Both the position numbers and the translations under genes were made by a program. From a bacterium (GTDB lineage: Bacteria > Zhuqueibacterota > QNDG01 > JABMRT01), in contig JAFGEX010000127.1 of the NCBI GenBank assembly GCA_016931355.1, positions 1 through 11,014 of the forward strand: a stretch of DNA of 11,014 nucleotides, written 5' to 3'. Shown in pieces: positions 1 to 6,189 of the stretch. The stretch's first letter is position 1, and every line of letters begins with the position of its first letter. The notes under the pieces were generated by a model that saw only the letters and a program-made list of their open reading frames with translations, had not been told where the DNA came from and made no database searches.

Positions 1-1307
1 ACCGCGCTGCTGGTCGCCTTCTGGATATCGTCCAGAATGTTCCGAACCCTGGCCGTCGCCTGGCGGCTCTGCTCGGCCAGGCTTTTCACTTCATGCGCGA
101 CGACGGCAAAACCCTTCCCATGTTCACCGGCCTTGGCCGCTTCGATCGAGGCATTGACGGCCAGCAGGTTGGACTGCTCCGCCACATCCTCCACGGTGGC
201 GATGATGCCACCGATGGCCTGGCCGTGTTCGCTGAGTTTCATGATGCTTTCCGCAATGGATTCCATCTGGGATTCGATCTGCCTCATGCCGTCGATGGTC
301 GAGGCCACCGACTTCTCGCCGGCCTGCGAAACCTGCACAGCCTTCTGGGCGCTTTCGGATACATTCTTGGCCTTCCGGTTCGAATCCAGGGCCGTCTGCC
401 GCACTTCCTCGACCGTGGTGCTGGTCTCATTCGCAGCCGTGGCCGTTTCAGTGGCCCCGGCCGCGATCTCGGTCACGGAAGCGGATATTTCGCTCGATGC
501 GGCTGCCAGGGAGTTGGCCGCCTCCTTGATCTGTATCGTCAAGGTCCTCAGGCTCTCGATCATGGAACGGAAAGTGCTGATCAGCATGGCAGATTCATCC
601 TTCCCCTTCCACAGCGGCACTTCCATGGTGAGATCCCCCTGGGCGACCCGCTCGGCCATGCCGATCACCATATTGATCGGCTTGGTGATGTTGCTGATGG
701 TCACCAGTGAAATCCCGAAGAGGACGATGATCATACCCAGCACGCCCCAAAGCACGATCTGCAACATGGCCTGATTGACCGAGCGGATGCCCTCGACGCC
801 TGTGCGGATGTCATCCTGGCACTGTTGGCTGGTCTGATTGAGCCGGTCCTTGATGCGGTTGTAGCTTTCGGTCATACGCTGCAACTCAAAGGCCGTATTC
901 TGACCCCTGGCGCCCTGAATCATCCGCAGCGTGGCCGGCCTGGCCAGTTTATAGTACTCATCCGCGAGGGAGGAGATCTGCTGAATTTCCTCGTTGCTCA
1001 AGGCGTTGACGCTTTCCAGGTTCCTGAGCTTGGCGAGGAACTGGTCGTACTGTTTGTCGACCTCCGGCAGGACATCGGGGTTCCCGATGGAAAGCGCGTT
1101 TTGAAAACCGCGATGGATGCCGTCCATCATCTCGATCAGCAGACGGCTGTTTTCCCATGCCGGGATGCTGGCATTCAGCGTCCGGTGGAGGATCCTGTCG
1201 TTCTTATTGATGGCGCTCGTCAGGGCGATAACGGCTATCGCCGCCGCAAACAAGGCCAGGACGGGGATCAACAGGATTTTCCATTTGAAGCGGATTTGGT
1301 TGAACAT
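1..1307 (-). CDS. Methyl-accepting chemotaxis protein (transmembrane chemoreceptor); C-terminus cut by the window edge
   Basis: Reverse-strand translation from ATG at 1307..1305 stays open to position 1 with no stop. It is missing from the ORF track because it runs off the window. The product starts MFNQIRFKWKILLIPVLALFAAAIAVIAL (TM1), then a ~150-aa helical periplasmic region, then TM2 (LQIVLWGVLGMIIVLFGISLV). A HAMP-like segment follows (ITKPINMVIGMAERVAQGDLTMEV...). The MCP signalling domain then carries the conserved hairpin stretch QSNLLAVNASIEAAKAGEHGKGFAVVAHEVKSLAEQS. An SD-like GAAGGGAG lies ~9 nt upstream of the ATG. Confidence 0.9.
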   Translation of the reverse strand, partial: MFNQIRFKWKILLIPVLALFAAAIAVIALTSAINKNDRILHRTLNASIPAWENSRLLIEMMDGIHRGFQNALSIGNPDVLPEVDKQYDQFLAKLRNLESVNALSNEEIQQISSLADEYYKLARPATLRMIQGARGQNTAFELQRMTESYNRIKDRLNQTSQQCQDDIRTGVEGIRSVNQAMLQIVLWGVLGMIIVLFGISLVTISNITKPINMVIGMAERVAQGDLTMEVPLWKGKDESAMLISTFRSMIESLRTLTIQIKEAANSLAAASSEISASVTEIAAGATETATAANETSTTVEEVRQTALDSNRKAKNVSESAQKAVQVSQAGEKSVASTIDGMRQIESQMESIAESIMKLSEHGQAIGGIIATVEDVAEQSNLLAVNASIEAAKAGEHGKGFAVVAHEVKSLAEQSRQATARVRNILDDIQKATSSA

Positions 1308-1483
1308 GCGCGATGTCTCCCTTCAGAAATGAAGCCATGATCGGTTGGCCGCACTCCCCTTTCAAATCTTTGCGTTTTAACGGATGCGTTTCGATGAGGG
1401 CGGATGGCGGCACACACATCCTCTCCCCCTTCTCTTCATCCCCGGTTGATTCGCTGCTGATCTGATACAGACCGGTCCGGCCT

Positions 1484-1508
1484 GAAATCCGCTTGCCGGC
1501 CGGATTTC
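1484..1508. repeat. Inverted repeat GAAATCCG-N9-CGGATTTC in the cheW-mcp intergenic spacer
   Basis: Read directly: gaaatccg (1484-1491), a 9-nt loop, then cggatttc (1501-1508). No T-tract follows on either strand, so this is not a classical terminator. The palindromes GACCGGTC (1470-1477) and CCGGCCGG sit alongside. Confidence 0.4.
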
Positions 1509-1514
1509 CCTATC

Positions 1515-2114
1515 CTACTCAACGGTCTGATGGATGATGATTCTTTCATCCGAAAGGATTTTCTCAATATTCAGGATGACGAGCCTGTCTTCGGTCACTC
1601 CCTTCAGGTAATGGGCGCGGATACCGGTCAGGGTCGGCAGATTCTGCTGGATACGCCGCTTGGGAATGTTTCGCACGCCGAGTATGAAATCGGCCAGTAT
1701 CCCGATTTCCATCCTGGGCGTTCGTATCACCACGACCCGGTTGAGATTCGATATCCCCTTGACGGGCAGGTCGAAAAAGCGCCGGATATCGATGACGGAC
1801 AGCAGATTTCCCCTCAGGTTGATGATTCCCAGCACAAAGGGGGGAACGCCCGGGATCGTTGTGAATTCATGCATCGGATAAACTTCGCTGATGTAGCTGG
1901 ACTCGATGGCGTATTTCTCGTAGGAAAGGACGAATTCAACGATTTCAATATAATCCTCGGCCTGTTCTTCACTCTGCGGCGTTTCCGAAAGCTCCCGCGC
2001 CCTCTCATCCAGGATTTTCCGTATCTCCGGATCCGGCGCCTTGACCTCCGCCGGCCCGCGTTCCGTCATGGGGGGATGCGTTTCCGTTGTATTGGGGGAT
2101 TTTTTCCGGTTCAT
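1515..2114 (-). CDS. cheW: CheW-like coupling protein with a ~45-aa N-terminal extension
   Basis: The 199-aa ORF contains a CheW domain (IPGVPPFVLGIINLRGNLLSVIDIRRFF ... RVVVIRTPRMEIGILADFILGV). Its ATG at 2114..2112 overlaps the upstream stop as ATGA. Confidence 0.9.
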   Translation of the reverse strand: MNRKKSPNTTETHPPMTERGPAEVKAPDPEIRKILDERARELSETPQSEEQAEDYIEIVEFVLSYEKYAIESSYISEVYPMHEFTTIPGVPPFVLGIINLRGNLLSVIDIRRFFDLPVKGISNLNRVVVIRTPRMEIGILADFILGVRNIPKRRIQQNLPTLTGIRAHYLKGVTEDRLVILNIEKILSDERIIIHQTVE

Positions 2115-3712
2115 GCGGGATTCTCTCCGTTCACCATGATTTGAATGAGCTCTTTGAGCCTTCCGACCGTGATGCCCTCGGACTCCGGCAGGACCGCCTC
2201 ATGATCGTGCGAGCCCAGGATGTGAAGGGCGTTCTGCAGGTATTTGTTGCCCTCCTTGGATTTTCCGGTCTGTTTCATCAAATTTCCGAGCATGAAGTAG
2301 GCCAGTGCGTAATTGGGGTCCAGATACAGGGCGCGCTTGAGCGAATCGACGGCATCAGCCACCTTGCCCTGCTCCTGCAGGATGACGGCGCGCAGATGAT
2401 AGCACTTGGGATTCAATTTTTCAAGATGGATGGCCTTTTCGCACCAGTGCAGGGCATCCTGCAATTTGCCCTGATTGGCGTAGGATTTGGCGAGGAGGGT
2501 CAGCGCATGGACGTTCTTTTCCGTGTCCGTGGCGCGTTTCTGAAGGATGGCTACGATTTCGTCGTAGCTGCCGCGTTCGTAGAGCGTTTCCATCTCCTTC
2601 ATGGCGTTATCGTCCACGGGGGATGTTTGGACGGACGGCAATTCCCCGGCCGCGAAGGAATCCGGCAGAGCCGGCGATTCCTGCGCCTTCCCCCTGGGCA
2701 CACGGCTCTGATAATCTTCCACGAACGTGGAGCCGGGCTTGTCCTCGTCGATCTTCGGGGACGGAGCCCGGGATTCCCAGATGACCGGACTCTGTTCCGG
2801 AACAACGATCTCCCCGGAACGGTCGGGATAGAAGTTCGCGAACTTTTTCTTTTCGGCGACTGCCTGGAGGTCTTTCCTGTAGAAAATCGATCCCGGATAA
2901 TTGAGGGTGATGAACTGGGGATAAAAAAGATGCGACGTCTCGCTGGAGGCTACGATCAAATGACCCGAATCCAGCAGGCAGTGATGCATCCTGTCGATCA
3001 CCTTCTTGACCTGAGCAGTGCTGAAATACATCAGCACATTGCGGCAGAAGATGATGTCCATCGCGTTTGTGTCATTGTAAAGCGAAGGATACACATCCTC
3101 AACCAGGTTGAGGTATTGGAACTGGACCATGCGCTTGATGTGGGGCGCGATTTCGTATCCGGATTCGGCCGTCAGTCTGAAGTAGTTTTCCTTCAGCCAG
3201 TAAGGTATTCCGCGGAATGACCACTCCCGGTAAACGCCTTCGGCCGCCTTGGCCAGGAAATGGGGATTGATGTCCGTGGCCAGAATCGTGATGTTCCAGT
3301 CCTTCAGGTCCGGAATCAGGCGCGTAAGCAGGATCGCGATGGAATAGGCCTCTTCGCCGGTGCAGCAGGCCGCGCTCCAGATACGCAGCCTTTTTTCAGT
3401 TTCCCATCGCGAACGGATCAGTTCGGGCAGTATTTTCTTTTCAAGCGCTTCAAAAACCTTCGGTTCACGGAAGAAATAGGTTTCGCCGACGGTCAGGTGC
3501 CGCGCCAGAATCTCCACCTGCCTCTTTTTGGGCGGCGCGGATAAAAGGCTGTGAATGCAGTCCTCGATATCCTCCGTTCCGAACTCCTTGACCGCAGCCT
3601 GGAAGCCCCTCAGCAGATCGAGCCATCTTCCCTTGGGGAAATAGAGCCCCATGTTGACCGTGACGTATTTGCTGAGTTCGCTGAGCAGTTCGTTCGAGAT
3701 GCGTTTCTGCAT
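2111..3712 (-). CDS. cheR: CheR-type chemoreceptor glutamate methyltransferase fused to C-terminal TPR repeats
   Basis: 533-aa ORF. The N-terminal ~275 aa carry CheR hallmarks: GETYFFREP, RIWSAACCTGEEAYSIA (SAM-binding) and DIIFCRNVLMYF. A Pro/Ser-rich linker of ~95 aa follows (nt ~2603-2887). The last ~160 aa are TPR-like helices (ALTLLAKSYANQGKLQDALHWCEKAI ... AYFMLGNLMKQTGKSKEGNKYLQNAL). An AGGAAGG SD precedes the start. Confidence 0.92.
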   Translation of the reverse strand: MQKRISNELLSELSKYVTVNMGLYFPKGRWLDLLRGFQAAVKEFGTEDIEDCIHSLLSAPPKKRQVEILARHLTVGETYFFREPKVFEALEKKILPELIRSRWETEKRLRIWSAACCTGEEAYSIAILLTRLIPDLKDWNITILATDINPHFLAKAAEGVYREWSFRGIPYWLKENYFRLTAESGYEIAPHIKRMVQFQYLNLVEDVYPSLYNDTNAMDIIFCRNVLMYFSTAQVKKVIDRMHHCLLDSGHLIVASSETSHLFYPQFITLNYPGSIFYRKDLQAVAEKKKFANFYPDRSGEIVVPEQSPVIWESRAPSPKIDEDKPGSTFVEDYQSRVPRGKAQESPALPDSFAAGELPSVQTSPVDDNAMKEMETLYERGSYDEIVAILQKRATDTEKNVHALTLLAKSYANQGKLQDALHWCEKAIHLEKLNPKCYHLRAVILQEQGKVADAVDSLKRALYLDPNYALAYFMLGNLMKQTGKSKEGNKYLQNALHILGSHDHEAVLPESEGITVGRLKELIQIMVNGENPA

Positions 3713-3720
3713 GAGCCTTC

Positions 3721-4293
3721 CTATTTCTGTTTCGAGCGCGGGGAAGCCGGTTTGACCGCTTTCTTCGGAGTGTGCTTGACCGCTTCAGCAGGCCCCCCGG
3801 AGCCTTTTTCCTCTTTTTCTTCGCTTTCCGGACGACCGGCGCCATCCTTCATGGAATGATCCAGAGCCCTGTTTTCATCCGCTGAAAGAACTTTCTCCAG
3901 ATCCTGGATCAGAATGATATTGTCATCCGTGATGATGGCTCCGTCCACGGATCCCCGGCCGGAGGAAAGGTTGGGATCCTGTATGATCCGGCTGCTCTCG
4001 ATCTCGAATATGTCATGCACTGAATCGACCATGAGCGCCAGCATTCTTCTGGACGTGCTGCCGATGATCAGGTGATCATCCAGCCGTATCTCCGGCCTGG
4101 ACAGATTGAACTTCTTCCGGATATCGACAACCGGGATGACGGAACCCTGCACATTGATGAGGCCCAGAACGGATTCCGGCGCATTGGGGAGCGGTGTGAT
4201 GGAAACGGAACGGGCGATCCGGCGAACTCTATTCAACGGAAGCGCGAACCGCTGATGATGGATTTCAAAAATCACATAATGCTGCGTGTCCAT
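3721..4293 (-). CDS. cheW: CheW-like coupling protein with a basic Lys/Pro-rich C-terminal tail
   Basis: 190-aa ORF with a CheW domain (FALPLNRVRRIA ... VLGLINVQGSVIPVVDIRKKF ... MLALMVDSVHDIFEI). Its last ~45 aa are low-complexity: EEKEEKGSGGPAEAVKHTPKKAVKPASPRSKQK. GAGGAGAG lies 8 nt before the ATG at 4293. Confidence 0.88.
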   Translation of the reverse strand: MDTQHYVIFEIHHQRFALPLNRVRRIARSVSITPLPNAPESVLGLINVQGSVIPVVDIRKKFNLSRPEIRLDDHLIIGSTSRRMLALMVDSVHDIFEIESSRIIQDPNLSSGRGSVDGAIITDDNIILIQDLEKVLSADENRALDHSMKDGAGRPESEEKEEKGSGGPAEAVKHTPKKAVKPASPRSKQK

Positions 4294-4336
4294 GAATTCC
4301 GCTCTCCTCGCTCGCTTTACAGTTCCTTCGGTTTGA

Positions 4337-4714
4337 TCAGGCGGCCGGTTTTGCCAGCAATTCCTTGACCACCTTGATGACCTGTCTCACATCAAACGGT
4401 TTGGTGATGTAGGCATCCGCGCGCGCTTCCTGGGCCAGATGGATTTCCTTGTCCGTGTCCTTGGCGGTTAAAAAAACGATGGGCACCTCGCTCAGGGGCT
4501 TGTAAAATTTGATGAGCCGCGCGGCGGTCAGGCCGTCCATATTCGGCATCACCACATCCAGCAATATCAGATCCGGTTGATTCTTCTTGGCGCATTCCAC
4601 CCCGGCCAATCCGTCTTCGGCCTGGACGATTTCATAACCCTCGCGCTCCAAAAACGTGGAAAGCAGCTTCCGGATCCCCGGATCATCATCAACGACAAGA
4701 ATTTTTGAAGGCAC
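4337..4714 (-). CDS. Single-domain response regulator receiver (CheY-like)
   Basis: 125-aa ORF with a receiver signature: VVDDD acidic pocket, phospho-acceptor context LLDVVMPNMDG, T in VFLTAKD, K in YITKPF. The start is GTG at 4714..4712, preceded by a strong AGGAGG with an 8-nt spacer. Confidence 0.9.
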   Translation of the reverse strand: MPSKILVVDDDPGIRKLLSTFLEREGYEIVQAEDGLAGVECAKKNQPDLILLDVVMPNMDGLTAARLIKFYKPLSEVPIVFLTAKDTDKEIHLAQEARADAYITKPFDVRQVIKVVKELLAKPAA

Positions 4715-4831
4715 CTTGATATCCTCCTGTTCACCGATGGGAATAAATGGGTATTTGAATCAATCCAAGGGCCTTTCAAACGGAAATTTTTGCCTTTTTG
4801 TGTCTAAAATGTCATACTGGATTCCTAATTG

Positions 4832-4846
4832 GCAAAACTTGTGCCA
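4832..4846 (-). promoter_or_regulatory. Sigma-54 (RpoN) -24/-12 promoter reading towards the receiver gene
   Basis: The minus strand reads 5'-TGGCACaagttTTGCC-3' (plus strand ttggcaaaacttgtgcca, 4829-4846). This matches the TGGCACG-N4-TTGCW consensus exactly, with GG-N10-GC spacing. The predicted start is ~4820, about 105 nt upstream of the GTG at 4714. A TTCCGGAA palindrome abuts it at 4849-4856. Confidence 0.55.
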
Positions 4847-5047
4847 TGTTCCGGAAGGCCCCGGCATCCAAGTTGATTTTTTCATTCAACATAAGAATAA
4901 TGGTCTTAATCCATTGAAAGGCCCCTTCAAGGCTCTCTTTCAGTCCCTGGAGGAGTCGGTTCGGGTCATCTGCGAATGGAAAAGCACCATCTTCTGAAGC
5001 AATGGAATAATGTAATACACATTTTGAAAAACATCCAGTGAAATTTG

Positions 5048-5084
5048 AAAAAAAAGCCTTCTCATCCGGGGGATCAGAAGGCTT
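5048..5084 (-). terminator. Rho-independent terminator (strong on minus strand, weaker bidirectional)
   Basis: Stem AAGCCTTCT (5055-5063), 12-nt loop, AGAAGGCTT (5076-5084). On the minus strand the stem is followed by an 8-T run (A8 at 5048-5055). It lies 26 nt downstream of the FmdB-family gene stop (5110). Confidence 0.65.
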
Positions 5085-5109
5085 TTAGGTCATCTTTTTG
5101 ACAGAAGGA

Positions 5110-5328
5110 TCACAAGCCGCAGGCTCCTGATCCGCAGGAAGAATCGAAACCGCAGGTCCCTCCGGGGCAGGAGGGCTCGGAACCGGAATCCTGAGCCACT
5201 GCAAACGACGAGATCAACCGTTCAAGATCCCTGCTTCCGCAGGAACAAACGGGCTGTTCGGTGCTGCGTTTGAGGAGGTATTCCAGCCTTTTACCGCATT
5301 TTCTGCAACGGTATTCATAGATGGGCAT
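5110..5328 (-). CDS. FmdB-family zinc-ribbon protein with a Cys/Gly-rich tail
   Basis: Starts at the internal Met MPIYEYRCRKCGKRLEYLLKRSTEQPVCSCGS, the canonical FmdB-family N-terminus with CxxC...CxC. The tail reads SEPSCPGGTCGFDSSCGSGACGL. The ATG at 5328..5326 is preceded by GGAAAGGGG. The ORF-track start at 5448 adds 40 non-conserved residues that overlap the upstream small ORF. Confidence 0.75.
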   Translation of the reverse strand: MPIYEYRCRKCGKRLEYLLKRSTEQPVCSCGSRDLERLISSFAVAQDSGSEPSCPGGTCGFDSSCGSGACGL

Positions 5329-5332
5329 GTGC

Positions 5333-5512
5333 TTACCCCTTTCCTGATGAGAGGCTTCCGCTGAACAGGGCGCCCAGAAGGGCTCCGTAAAGCGTGCTGC
5401 TGTAAGGATTTCTCGTGATGGGACAGGACCCGGAGGGACATCCCACAAACCGGTAATAGAGATATCCGAGCAATGCGCCCACCAGCGAGCCGATCAGAAT
5501 TCGAATCCACAT
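5333..5512 (-). CDS. Small (59-aa) predicted membrane protein with a CPSGSCP motif; not in the ORF track
   Basis: Minus-strand ATG at 5512..5510 translates to MWIRILIGSLVGALLGYLYYRFVGCPSGSCPITRNPYSSTLYGALLGALFSGSLSSGKG, ending at TAA (5335..5333). ACGGAG sits 8 nt upstream, directly after the trxA stop. It fits exactly between trxA and the FmdB gene without overlapping either. Confidence 0.5.
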   Translation of the reverse strand: MWIRILIGSLVGALLGYLYYRFVGCPSGSCPITRNPYSSTLYGALLGALFSGSLSSGKG

Positions 5513-5529
5513 TTTTTAGACTCCGTGTT

Positions 5530-5856
5530 TTAGGACAGGAGGGCATCCAGTTTTTTCGTGATGACGCTTTTGGGAACTGCGCCGATGATCTGATCCACGG
5601 GTTTTCCGTTCTTGAAATAGATGAGGGTCGGGATGCTGATCACGCCGTATTCACCGGCCAATTGAGCGTTGTTCTCCGTATTGACCTTGAAAACCTTCGC
5701 TTTGCCCGCATAATCCCTGGCGACTTCCTCGATGACAGGTCCCATCATTCTGCAGGGTCCGCACCAGGAAGCCCAGAAATCGACGATTACGGGAAGGGTG
5801 GATTCCGTCACTTCTTTTTGGAAATGGTCATGATTGAGTTCAAGATTCTGTCCCAT
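5530..5856 (-). CDS. trxA: Thioredoxin
   Basis: 108-aa ORF with the canonical WCGPC active site (VDFWASWCGPCRMMGPV) and the thioredoxin-fold motif ISIPTLIYFKNGK. A GGAG SD sits 9 nt upstream. Confidence 0.93.
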   Translation of the reverse strand: MGQNLELNHDHFQKEVTESTLPVIVDFWASWCGPCRMMGPVIEEVARDYAGKAKVFKVNTENNAQLAGEYGVISIPTLIYFKNGKPVDQIIGAVPKSVITKKLDALLS

Positions 5857-5901
5857 TGTAAAGACTCCTTTGATGAAGGGTTAATGGTGGTCAGCCTCGC
5901 G

Positions 5902-6174
5902 TCAATCCAATAAGATGTCCAGAAGCCTGCTGATCCTCGGATTTTTAATCCTGTAACAAACCTGATTTCCGTCTCTTTCGGCCTGCACGATCCCGGCCTG
6001 CCGCATGATCGAGAGATGCTGCGAAATGTTCGGCTGGGCCAGACCGAGAGACTCTTCCATGAAACGCACGCAGGGATGCTTTTCGCGTATGAGATTCAAC
6101 AGATGCAGCCGCGTGGGATGGGCCAGCGCCTTCAGCATCTGGGCGCTTTCATCAAAATCCATTTTGACGGTCAC
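5902..6174 (-). CDS. ArsR/SmtB-family winged-helix transcriptional regulator
   Basis: The 90-aa ORF carries the ArsR HTH signature ALAHPTRLHLLNLI ... ESLGLAQPNISQHLSIMRQAGIV. Two cysteines are present (HPCVRF in the alpha3 region, NQVCYRI in the wing). The start is GTG at 6174..6172 with a GGGGGGG SD 5 nt upstream. The first in-frame ATG is 12 nt further in. Confidence 0.88.
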   Translation of the reverse strand: MTVKMDFDESAQMLKALAHPTRLHLLNLIREKHPCVRFMEESLGLAQPNISQHLSIMRQAGIVQAERDGNQVCYRIKNPRISRLLDILLD

Positions 6175-6189
6175 GTCATCCCCCCCTTT

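Noticed and set aside
37-774. Plus-strand ORFs of 245 aa and 205 aa (37-774, 93-710)
   Set aside because: They lie antisense to the highly conserved MCP signalling domain encoded on the minus strand. Their low-complexity Ala/Ser/Arg-rich translations are typical of antisense frames in GC-rich genes.
2087-3220. 377-aa plus-strand ORF
   Set aside because: Antisense to the CheR gene, whose minus-strand frame carries unmistakable CheR motifs. No SD, and the composition is that of a shadow ORF.
4656-4997. 113-aa plus-strand ORF in the che promoter region
   Set aside because: It starts inside the receiver gene on the opposite strand and runs through the AT-rich sigma-54 promoter region. It has no SD, and its codon usage is unlike neighbouring genes.
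5214-5546. 110-aa minus-strand ORF spanning the trxA-fmdB gap
   Set aside because: It is in a different frame from both the SD-preceded small membrane ORF and the FmdB ribbon, and overlaps trxA's 3' end. Its translation is low-complexity with no motif. The two shorter ORFs explain the interval better.
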